This document shows, piece after piece, positions 16,710 through 25,373 of a stretch of 32,000 nt of DNA. This DNA is from Pseudomonas aeruginosa (GTDB lineage Bacteria > Pseudomonadota > Gammaproteobacteria > Pseudomonadales > Pseudomonadaceae). Positions within the stretch are counted from its first letter, which is position 1, and every line of letters begins with the position of its first letter. Both the position numbers and the translations under genes were made by a program. The stretch is taken from NCBI RefSeq assembly GCF_001457615.1, contig NZ_LN831024.1:2430001-2462000 (forward strand). Direction: 5' to 3'. A model generated the notes under the pieces. The model made no database searches, was not told the DNA's origin, and worked only from the letters and a program-made list of their open reading frames with translations.

Positions 16710-17621
16710 ATGGAATCAGGGGGAGTCATGACTGTTGCCATAGACAGAACAAAGGGCGACCAATCCACGCCAGGGAACATCATAAGGGGAGAAGGGTACG
16801 CCTTGATTCGCAATAGTGAGGCGACTCCCGATCCGGACAAGGTGATCCATATTCCTTGTGCCGATTCGTTTTCCGTCATCGTGCAGTTGCGCGATTTCAA
16901 TTCCCATCGTCTCTGGAATGGAAACAAACTGGTTTTCGATGGCGGACATCCACGGAAAAGTATCTCCATCGCCTATCTTGGCGATGAAATAAAGTGCCAG
17001 CACCGGACAACTTACGACAATGTCCGCTTCATGTTGCCGCGCGCTTCGATAAAGGAGTTTCTCTACGAAGAAGGGCAACGCGCGTCCGCCGAGCCGGAGC
17101 GGATCATCGGTGTCGACGATCCGGTGGTCTATCACCTGGCGCTGGCGCTGCTGCCCAGCTTCGCCAGGGCGGGCGAGCGCAACGAACTGTTCATCGAGCA
17201 GGTCATGCTGGCGCTGTTGACCCACGTTCAGGATCGCTTCGCTTCGACCCAGGTCCCGGTCTGCACCGGCAAGGGCCTGGCGCCCTGGCAATTGCGCAGG
17301 GCCAAGGAGCTGATCGCCGGGCATCTGGCCGAGGGCGTGTCGGTGGCGCGCCTGGCCGAGGAGTGCGGGCTCTCGCGCAGCTATTTCACCAAGGCCTTCA
17401 AGTGCAGCACCGGTGTTTCGCCCCACGAATGGCTGATGCGCATGCGCGTCGACCGGGCCAAGGAGCTGATGCTGGGCAGCGACGAACCGCTTTCGCAGAT
17501 CGGCGTCGCCTGCGGCTTTTCCGACCAGCCGCATTTCTCGCGGATCTTTCTCCGGCTGGCCGGCGCCTCGCCCTCGACCTGGCGTCGGGTCAAGCGGCAG
17601 CGCACCGACGCAGCGCTGTGA
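16710..17621 (+). CDS. AraC-family transcriptional regulator
   Basis: ORF 16710..17621, with an alternative start at ATG 16728 behind GGGGGAG. C-terminal HTH pair VARLAEECGLSRSYFTKAFKCSTGVSPHEWLMRMRVDRAKELMLGSDEPLSQIGVACGFSDQPHFSRIFLRLAGASPSTWRR. Confidence 0.85.
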   Translation: MESGGVMTVAIDRTKGDQSTPGNIIRGEGYALIRNSEATPDPDKVIHIPCADSFSVIVQLRDFNSHRLWNGNKLVFDGGHPRKSISIAYLGDEIKCQHRTTYDNVRFMLPRASIKEFLYEEGQRASAEPERIIGVDDPVVYHLALALLPSFARAGERNELFIEQVMLALLTHVQDRFASTQVPVCTGKGLAPWQLRRAKELIAGHLAEGVSVARLAEECGLSRSYFTKAFKCSTGVSPHEWLMRMRVDRAKELMLGSDEPLSQIGVACGFSDQPHFSRIFLRLAGASPSTWRRVKRQRTDAAL

Positions 17622-17734
17622 ACCGCGACCGTGCGTGACGGACGGTACGGAAGCCGCCGGATGCTCGGCTAGAATGCCCTGGCTTCGGCGGTCGCCATCG
17701 GCCGCCCACTTCGCAACGGAACAGGGAATCGCAG

Positions 17735-18838
17735 ATGAAAGCAGTACGCCAGGGTCGCGGCGTAACGGGGTTGCTCATGCTCCTGGCGCTGGCCGGGTGC
17801 AGTTCGCGGTCGGCGGAGCCGCCGCCGCCCAACCCCGACGAAGTACGGGCGAAGATCGTCCGCCTGATGCCGGCCACGGTGCGCGATCGCCAAGGGTGGG
17901 CCAGCGATATCTACGCGGCCTTTTCCGCCCAGCAGATCTACCCCAGCGACGAGAATCTCTGTGCGGTGCTGGCGGTGACCGAGCAGGAGTCCACCTACCA
18001 GGTCGACCCGCCGGTGGCCGGCCTGGGCAGGATCGCCACCCGCGAGGTCGAGCGTCGTGCCGACAAGCTGCACGTGCCGGCGTTCCTGGTCAGCTCGGCG
18101 CTGAATATCAAGTCGCCCGATGGCCGCACCTACAGCCAGCGCCTGGCCGCGGCGCGCACGGAGAAGGAACTGAGCGAGACATTCGACGATTTCATCGCCA
18201 TCGTGCCCATGGGCGGCAAGCTGTTCGGCGGCTTCAACCCGGTACACACCGGCGGGCCGATGCAGGTCAGCATCGCTTTCGCCGAGCAGCACGCGGACGG
18301 CTATCCCTATCCGCTGGACGGCAGCATCCGCCGCGAGGTGTTCAGCCGGCGCGGCGGCATGTATTTCGGTATCGCCCACCTGCTTGGCTATCCGGCGGAC
18401 TACCCGGCGCCGCTGTACCGCTTCGCCGACTTCAACGCCGGCTGGTATGCCAGTCGCAACGCCGCGTTCCAGAGCGCGGTGAGTCGCGTCTCGGGGATTC
18501 CGCTGGCGCTGGATGGCGATCTGATCCGCTACGGCACGCGCACGCCGGGCTCCACCGAACTGGCCGTGCGCAGCCTCGGCAAGCGCCTGGACATGAGCGA
18601 CGCGGCGATCCGCCGGGCGCTGGAGCAGGGCGACAGCCCGGAGTTCGCCGACAGCGCGCTGTACCGCAAGGTCTTCGCCCTGGCTGAAAGCGCCACCGGC
18701 AAGACATTGCCCCGCGCCGTGCTGCCGGGGATCACCCTGGAGAGCCCGAAGATCACCCGCAAGCTGACCACCGCCTGGTTCGCCAAGCGCGTCGACGAAC
18801 GCTACCAGCGCTGCATGGCGCGCGTGCGGAAACGCTGA
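17735..18838 (+). CDS. DUF1615-type lipoprotein, 367 aa
   Basis: ORF 17735..18838 with lipobox LLALAGC. The conserved AVTEQESTYQ segment and the overall sequence recall the DUF1615 family. Confidence 0.8.
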   Translation: MKAVRQGRGVTGLLMLLALAGCSSRSAEPPPPNPDEVRAKIVRLMPATVRDRQGWASDIYAAFSAQQIYPSDENLCAVLAVTEQESTYQVDPPVAGLGRIATREVERRADKLHVPAFLVSSALNIKSPDGRTYSQRLAAARTEKELSETFDDFIAIVPMGGKLFGGFNPVHTGGPMQVSIAFAEQHADGYPYPLDGSIRREVFSRRGGMYFGIAHLLGYPADYPAPLYRFADFNAGWYASRNAAFQSAVSRVSGIPLALDGDLIRYGTRTPGSTELAVRSLGKRLDMSDAAIRRALEQGDSPEFADSALYRKVFALAESATGKTLPRAVLPGITLESPKITRKLTTAWFAKRVDERYQRCMARVRKR

Positions 18839-18903
18839 GTCCATCGTCGCGCGGGTCGAACCTGGCGCCGCCGCGGGAGTCTGCCGTCCTGTCAGCCAAG
18901 CTC

Positions 18904-19245
18904 ATGGAGAAGCAGCGTATGAAGACCCGATACAGCGCCGAGGCACCGGCGCGCGACGAACTGGACCGGCTCGCCGGTCCGACGCTGGTGGAGTTCGGTA
19001 CCGACTGGTGCGGCCATTGCCAGGCCGCCCAGCCGCTGCTGGCGGAAGTATTCGACGACTATCCGGAGGTCGGCCACCTGAAGGTCGAGGACGGTCCCGG
19101 GCGCCGCCTGGGGCGCTCGTTCCAGGTCAAGCTGTGGCCGACCTTCGTCTTTCTTCGCGACGGCCGGGAGGTGGCGCGGGTGGTCCGCCCCGGCAGCGCC
19201 AGCGTGCTGGAAGAAGCGTTCGAGAGCCTGGTCGGCGAGGGCTGA
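18904..19245 (+). CDS. Thioredoxin-fold protein with WCGHC active site
   Basis: ORF 18904..19245: VEFGTDWCGHCQAAQPLL. ATG 18919 (MKTRYSAE...) has the better SD (GGAGAA) and may be the true start. Confidence 0.85.
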   Translation: MEKQRMKTRYSAEAPARDELDRLAGPTLVEFGTDWCGHCQAAQPLLAEVFDDYPEVGHLKVEDGPGRRLGRSFQVKLWPTFVFLRDGREVARVVRPGSASVLEEAFESLVGEG

Positions 19246-19248
19246 GGA

Positions 19249-19266
19249 CCCGGCCCGCGGGCCGGG
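19249..19266. terminator. Bidirectional GC stem-loop between the convergent thioredoxin and thioesterase genes
   Basis: CCCGGCCC-GC-GGGCCGGG is a perfect 8-bp stem in the 27-bp gap between the two stop codons. Confidence 0.5.
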
Positions 19267-19272
19267 CGGCGT

Positions 19273-19773
19273 TCAGGCCGGCATCGCGTGATCCACCTGT
19301 TCGCGGATCTCCTGGTAGCGCAGTTCCATCAGCTTGCGCTGCTCGCGCCGGGCCAGGGCCTGGGCGTAGCGGCGTTTCTCGATCGCGGTCTCCGGTTCCA
19401 GCGGACGCACCGCCACCGGCCGGCGCTGGTCGTCCATCGCCACCATGGTGAAGAAGCAACTGTTGGTATGGCGCACGGTGCGCTCGTGGATGTTCTCGGT
19501 CATCACCTTCACCCCGACCTCCATCGAAGTGCGCCCGGTGTAGTTCACCGAGGCGAGGAAGGTCACCAGTTCGCCGACATGGATCGGCTCGCGGAAGATC
19601 ACCTGATCCACCGACAGGGTCACCACGTAGCGTCCGGCGTAGCGCTTGGCGCAGGCAAAGGCCACTTCGTCGAGGAGCTTGAGCAGCGCGCCGCCGTGGA
19701 CGTTGCCGGAGAAGTTCGCCTTGTCGGGGGTCATGAGCACGCTCATGGTCAGTTGGTAGCTGCCAGGTTCCAT
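19273..19773 (-). CDS. Hotdog-fold acyl-CoA thioesterase (YciA/acyl-CoA hydrolase type), 166 aa
   Basis: ORF 19273..19773. LTMSVLMTPDKANFSGNVHGGALLKLLDEVAFACA is the typical 4HBT/YciA active-site region. Confidence 0.88.
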   Translation of the reverse strand: MEPGSYQLTMSVLMTPDKANFSGNVHGGALLKLLDEVAFACAKRYAGRYVVTLSVDQVIFREPIHVGELVTFLASVNYTGRTSMEVGVKVMTENIHERTVRHTNSCFFTMVAMDDQRRPVAVRPLEPETAIEKRRYAQALARREQRKLMELRYQEIREQVDHAMPA

Positions 19774-19943
19774 CGTTCACCTATCACGCAAGTTGGTCAC
19801 GGGCCATTGCAGTGGGCCGGCGGCCGCTCTGCGGCGGCCTCTGGCGATAGGGTAGGGAGAAACGCCGGCGCGATTAGCACCGCAGTCGACAATGGTGTTT
19901 TCCGCGAAACGGGCTTGCGGCGCCGCTCCGTATGCGCCAAGGG

Positions 19944-20468
19944 CTAGTCGCGGGAGCCGCCGCGTCCTTCCCGGCTGGCATCCATCCAGCGCAGCACTTC
20001 TTCGCCGAACTCCGGTGGCGCGATACGCCCCACCCGGCGTACCAGGTCGAGGATGGTCTGCTGGGCCAGCGCTTCTTCCATGCGCTTCTGCGCGGTGAGC
20101 ATCACCGCGTGGATCGAGCAGGTGTTGCGGGTCGCCCAGGAAGGCGGGTTGCCTTCGAAAATCGCGCAGCGCTCGCGGACCTCGCGGCATTCGAAGATCG
20201 ATTTGTCGCCGTCGATGGCGCGGACCACGTCGAGCACGCTGATTTCGTTGGCCGGCCGTGCCAGGCGGAAGCCACCGCGCACGCCTTCGGTGGCAGCCAC
20301 CAGGCCGGCCTTGGCCAGGCGGGTGAAGACCTTGGCCAGCAGTTCCGGCGGCACGCCCTGCAACTCGGCGAGGGTACGTACGCTGGACTCGCGGCTGTCG
20401 CCTTTCTCGTCGGCGAGGAACAACAGGCAGTGGATGCCGTATTCGACGCCGGCGCTATAGAGAGCCAT
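19944..20468 (-). CDS. Rrf2-family transcriptional regulator, 174 aa
   Basis: Within ORF 19944..20495. The start is taken at ATG 20468, preceded by GGAG. MALYSAGVEYGIHCLLFLADEKGDS...LAELQGVPPELLAKVFTRLAKAGLV is an Rrf2 winged helix. Later cysteines sit in FECREVRERCAIF...CSIH. Confidence 0.88.
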   Translation of the reverse strand: MALYSAGVEYGIHCLLFLADEKGDSRESSVRTLAELQGVPPELLAKVFTRLAKAGLVAATEGVRGGFRLARPANEISVLDVVRAIDGDKSIFECREVRERCAIFEGNPPSWATRNTCSIHAVMLTAQKRMEEALAQQTILDLVRRVGRIAPPEFGEEVLRWMDASREGRGGSRD

Positions 20469-20657
20469 CACTAACTCCGACAGAAATATTCGCAATATTC
20501 TGCGCGGTTTTCAGGTCGCTCACAAGGACAGGTCGTTCGCTGTCTTCCGCCTCGAAGCGCTCTATCTCCGATCCTTTTCGTATGTTTTCGACGTCTTCTC
20601 CTCTCTTTCACGGCGAGGGGCGATTGCCTGTCGGAACGCTTTTCGGGGATTGATCTT

Positions 20658-20688
20658 CGTAACTACGACAAATATAGTCGTAGTTACG
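20658..20688. promoter_or_regulatory. Perfect 12-bp inverted repeat CGTAACTACGAC-N7-GTCGTAGTTACG, candidate Rrf2 operator
   Basis: Read directly from the sequence. It lies in the 268-bp divergent region and ends 48 bp upstream of ATG 20737. Confidence 0.5.
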
Positions 20689-20736
20689 GAGAGGCTTTTC
20701 TCCGGATATCCCGTCCTTTCCCTCCAGGAGCCCCCA

Positions 20737-21942
20737 ATGAAACAACGTATCCTGATCGTCGGTGCCGGATTCGCCGGCATGTGGAGCGCGCTGAGCGCAG
20801 TGCGCCAGCTCGACCGCCAGGGCCGCGACGACGTCGAGGTCGCGGTGCTCGCGCCGCAGCCCGAGCTGCGCATCCGCCCGCGTTTCTACGAGCCTGACGT
20901 GCAGCGCATGGCGGCGCCGCTGGGCGAATTGTTCGCCGCGGTCGGCGTGCGTTTCGTGCAGGGCAGCGCGCAGCGCATCGACGTGGCCGGCAAGTGGGTG
21001 GAGTACCGCGATGCCGAGGGCACGCTGGCGCAACTGGACTACGACCGCCTGGTGCTGGCGGCCGGCAGCGGCGTGTGGCGTCCGGCGAGTGTCGTCGGCA
21101 TCGACGCTGCCTTCGATGTCGACCAGTTGGAAGACGCCCTGCGCCTGGAGGCACACCTGCATGCCCTGCGCGACTTGCCGGATTCACCGGCACGCAACAC
21201 CGTGGTGGTCGCCGGCGGCGGCTTCACCGGCATCGAGACCGCCACCGAGATGCCGGCGCGCCTGCGGGCGATCCTCGGCGAGAAAGCGGCGCTGCGAGTG
21301 ATCGTGGTCGACCGCGGCGCCGCCATCGGCGCATCGATGGGCGCGGACCTGAGCGGCTTGATCGCCGAGGCCTCGGCGGAACTGGGCGTGGAGTGGTGCC
21401 TGGGGCGTTCGGTGGCGGCGGTGGATGCCGAGGGCGTGACGCTCGACGACGGCCAGCGGATCGAGGCGAAGACCGTGGTCTGGACCGTGGGCGTGCGGGC
21501 CAGCACCCTGACCGGGCAGATTCCGGGCGAGCGCGATGCCCAGGGTCGCCTGCATGTCGACCGCAACCTCAAGGTGCTCGGTCTCGACGATGTCTACGCC
21601 ACCGGCGACGTGGCCCGCGCGGCTACCGACGACCTCGGCAACCATGCCCTGATGACCTGCCAGCACGCCATCGCCCTGGGTCGCTCGGCCGGCAATAACG
21701 TGGCCGCCGACCTGCTCGGCGTCGAGCCGATTCCCTACAGCCAGGTGAAATACGTGACCTGTCTCGATCTCGGCGGCTGGGGCGCGGTGTTCACCGAGGG
21801 CTGGGACCGCCAGGTACGGTTCGTGCGCGAGGAGGGCAAGAAGATCAAGACCGAGATCAATGGCGTGTGGATCTACCCGCCGGCGGCGGACCGCGCCGTG
21901 GCGCTGGCGGCGGCCGACCCGCTGATTCCGGTGGTAGCGTAG
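20737..21942 (+). CDS. FAD-dependent pyridine-nucleotide-disulfide oxidoreductase, NDH-2-like, 401 aa
   Basis: Within ORF 20650..21942. ATG 20737 lies behind CAGGAG. It has an N-terminal Rossmann motif ILIVGAGFAGM, a second dinucleotide motif VVVAGGGFTGIE, and ATGDVA near the C-terminus. Confidence 0.88.
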   Translation: MKQRILIVGAGFAGMWSALSAVRQLDRQGRDDVEVAVLAPQPELRIRPRFYEPDVQRMAAPLGELFAAVGVRFVQGSAQRIDVAGKWVEYRDAEGTLAQLDYDRLVLAAGSGVWRPASVVGIDAAFDVDQLEDALRLEAHLHALRDLPDSPARNTVVVAGGGFTGIETATEMPARLRAILGEKAALRVIVVDRGAAIGASMGADLSGLIAEASAELGVEWCLGRSVAAVDAEGVTLDDGQRIEAKTVVWTVGVRASTLTGQIPGERDAQGRLHVDRNLKVLGLDDVYATGDVARAATDDLGNHALMTCQHAIALGRSAGNNVAADLLGVEPIPYSQVKYVTCLDLGGWGAVFTEGWDRQVRFVREEGKKIKTEINGVWIYPPAADRAVALAAADPLIPVVA

Positions 21943-21964
21943 GGCGATTTTCCCTCACCCCAAC

Positions 21965-21986
21965 CCTCTCCCGCAGGCGGGAGAGG
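21965..21986. repeat. REP-like palindrome CCTCTCCCGC-AG-GCGGGAGAGG
   Basis: Perfect 10-bp inverted repeat between convergent genes. The CTCACCCCAACCCTCTCCCGC...GGGAGAGG context resembles extragenic palindromes that recur in Pseudomonas genomes (from memory). Confidence 0.45.
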
Positions 21987-22040
21987 ATGCCGTGCAGCGT
22001 AGAGGGATGCAGCGGCGCGCGGATGCCTGGCTTCCGGTAG

Positions 22041-22069
22041 GGCGAATAACCGCGAAGCGGTTATCCGCC
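22041..22069. repeat. REP-like palindrome GGCGAATAACCGC-GAA-GCGGTTATCCGCC
   Basis: 13-bp arms with one mismatch, in the same convergent intergenic gap. Confidence 0.45.
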
Positions 22070-22100
22070 GTTGCCTCGGTTCTCTTGGGAGCGTGCGTCT

Positions 22101-23027
<927 letters not shown>

Positions 23028-23034
23028 TTATGGC

Positions 23035-25275
23035 TCAGAACGACGCGGTCAGGCTGGTATAGAAGGTCCGTCCGGGCTCGTTGTAGGTCGCCGCGCCGGC
23101 CCCGTCGATGCCGACCACGCCCTGGGCATTGCCGGCGCGGAACAGGCGCTTGTCGAACAGGTTGTCGACGCCGGCGCCGAGGCTCAGGTTCTTGCTCAAC
23201 CGATAGGTGCCGCCAAGGCCGGCGATGGCGTAGGGCGAGAGCTGGTCGTTGGCGCTGCCGGTGACACGGTCGCCGTGATAGTCGTATTTCTTCGGCTTCT
23301 GCTTGCCATACCAGGTGACCGTGGCTTGCAGCGAGAGGTCGTCGGTGGCCTGCCAGTCGAGCATCGAGTTGAGGGTGTAGCGCGGCGTCACCGAGAGCAC
23401 GTCGCCGGTTTCCTTGTTCTTCGATTGCAGCATGTAGGTGAAGTTGTTGCTCCACTTCAGGCCGTCGGCCAGGGGCAGGGTCAGGGTGCCTTCGAGGCCC
23501 TCGACCACCGCCTTGGGCACGTTCTCCCACTGGTAGATCGCCGCGTTGGCGTAGTCGCCCTTGCCGCCGCTGGCGTGGTCGACCGGTGACAGGCCGGATT
23601 CGATCTTGTTCTTGTAGTCGTTGCGGAAGTAGGTCAGCCCCGCTACCAGGCCGTCGTGGCTGTACTCGATGCCCAGTTCCTTGTTCACGCTGGTCTCGGC
23701 CTTGAGGCCGTCGTTGCCGCGCAGGTAGCAACTGGTGCTTTGCCCGTAGCAACCCTGGCCACGGCTGTAGAGCAGGTAGTCGGGGTTCAGCTGGTACAGG
23801 TTGGGGGCCTTGTAGGCGCGGGCGATACCGGCCTTCAGGGTGACCCGCTCGGTGAGCGCGTGGGACAGGTTCAGCGATGGGCTCCAGTTGTCGCCGACGA
23901 TGTCGTGGTGGTCCCAGCGCAGGCCTGGGGTGAGCATGGTGCCGGGCATCAGCTCGATGTTGTCCTCGGCGAACAGCGAGAAGATCCGCGCTGAGGAACT
24001 GCTGCTGCGGTTCTTTCCGGCGAGACCGGGGATCGAGCCGCCTTCCTCGGTGTTCTGGGTGTTGGAGCTGGGGTCGTCGAGCTTCTGCTCGGTCCACTCG
24101 CTGCCGAGGGTCAGGGTCTGCTCGTAGCCCAGGTGCAGCGGCAGGTTGACCTCGCCGTGGGCGGTCAGGTCGCGCAGGGTGGCGGTGTAGAAGCCGGCGT
24201 TGTTGGGGTCGAAGATACCTTCGGTGCCGCCGGCCAGGCCTTCGTTGATCCGGCTGTTGCGGGTCTTCTCGTACTGCAGGTAGGCCAGCGAGCTGCCGAA
24301 GTCCCATTCGCCGCGATGGGTGACCGAGTAGGTCTCGCGGTACATGCGGTTGGTCTCGTGGCCGAGCATCTGCTTCACGTAGTTGTTGCTGTTGGTGTTC
24401 TGCGTGTCGCCGGTGTAGATGTTGCCCTGGCGGCTGAAGCCGGCCTCGAACTCGAGGGTCTGCTCGGGCGTCAGGCGCCAGCTGAGCAGCCCGTCGATGT
24501 CCTTGTTGCGCACGCCTTCGCGACCGGCGGGGAGGGTGCCGGCCTGCTTGCCGGTGCGGTTGGATTCGTGGCCGGCGTTGATGTCCCAGTCGTCCGAGTC
24601 GGTCTTGGCGATGTTGCCGTAGACGCGGTAGCTGAGGTTTTCCGTGAGCGGCCCGTTGAGACCGAAGCTCATCCGTTCGCTGGCGCCTTCGGCCTTGTGT
24701 TGCGGGAAATTGCTGTAGACGCTGAGATTACCGTGGGTTTCCGCGCCGGCCTGCTTGGTGATGATGTTCACCACGCCGCCCGCCGCGCCGTTGCCGTAGC
24801 GCGCCGCCGCCGGGCCGCGGATCACTTCGATGCGCTCGACCTGGTCGGCCGGCACCCAGTTGGTGTCGCCGCGGCTGTCGCGCTCGCCGCGCCAGCCGTA
24901 GCGCACCGAGTTGCGCGAGCTGACCGGCTTGCCGTCGACCAGGATCAGGGTGTTCTCCGGGCCCATGCCGCGGATGTCGATCTGCCGGTTGTTGCCACGC
25001 TGGCCGCTGGAGCTGTTGCCGGTCAGGTTGACCCCCGGCATGGTCCGGATGATCTGCGACAGGTCGTTGCTCGGCGGTCGCTTGGCGATGTCCTCGGCGG
25101 TGATGATGGAAACCCCCGGCGCCTGCTTGGTTTCCTCCTGGGCGGTGGCGACCACGGTTTGCTCGCCCAGCTCGATGACGGAGCCGTCGCCCTGGCCGGC
25201 GGCGTGTACGGCGTTGGCGAGCAGGCAACTGGACAGCAGCAGGAAGGGAACGGCGGGAAGGGCGCGTGAGGACAT
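23035..25275 (-). CDS. pfeA: TonB-dependent ferric-enterobactin outer-membrane receptor, 746 aa
   Basis: ORF 23035..25275. It has a signal peptide, the TonB-box/plug region (TVVATAQEE...ISIITAEDIAKRPPSNDLSQIIRTMPGVNL), and the FepA-like barrel ending ...TFYTSLTASF. Confidence 0.95.
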   Translation of the reverse strand: MSSRALPAVPFLLLSSCLLANAVHAAGQGDGSVIELGEQTVVATAQEETKQAPGVSIITAEDIAKRPPSNDLSQIIRTMPGVNLTGNSSSGQRGNNRQIDIRGMGPENTLILVDGKPVSSRNSVRYGWRGERDSRGDTNWVPADQVERIEVIRGPAAARYGNGAAGGVVNIITKQAGAETHGNLSVYSNFPQHKAEGASERMSFGLNGPLTENLSYRVYGNIAKTDSDDWDINAGHESNRTGKQAGTLPAGREGVRNKDIDGLLSWRLTPEQTLEFEAGFSRQGNIYTGDTQNTNSNNYVKQMLGHETNRMYRETYSVTHRGEWDFGSSLAYLQYEKTRNSRINEGLAGGTEGIFDPNNAGFYTATLRDLTAHGEVNLPLHLGYEQTLTLGSEWTEQKLDDPSSNTQNTEEGGSIPGLAGKNRSSSSSARIFSLFAEDNIELMPGTMLTPGLRWDHHDIVGDNWSPSLNLSHALTERVTLKAGIARAYKAPNLYQLNPDYLLYSRGQGCYGQSTSCYLRGNDGLKAETSVNKELGIEYSHDGLVAGLTYFRNDYKNKIESGLSPVDHASGGKGDYANAAIYQWENVPKAVVEGLEGTLTLPLADGLKWSNNFTYMLQSKNKETGDVLSVTPRYTLNSMLDWQATDDLSLQATVTWYGKQKPKKYDYHGDRVTGSANDQLSPYAIAGLGGTYRLSKNLSLGAGVDNLFDKRLFRAGNAQGVVGIDGAGAATYNEPGRTFYTSLTASF

Positions 25276-25313
25276 CGGTGATCTCCGGGCAATGCAGCGA
25301 AATGCAAGAGATC

Positions 25314-25338
25314 ACGAATGATATTGATTGTTATTTGA
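25314..25338 (-). promoter_or_regulatory. Fur-box-like sequence in the pfeA promoter region
   Basis: ACGAATGATATTGATTGTTATTTGA. Two overlapping registers each match 12/19 positions of GATAATGATAATCATTATC by my hand alignment. It is the only AT-rich patch in the 98-bp pfeS-pfeA gap. Confidence 0.5.
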
Positions 25339-25373
25339 GAGTAAAGCGCATTAACTTTCTAAACACTTCGCCC

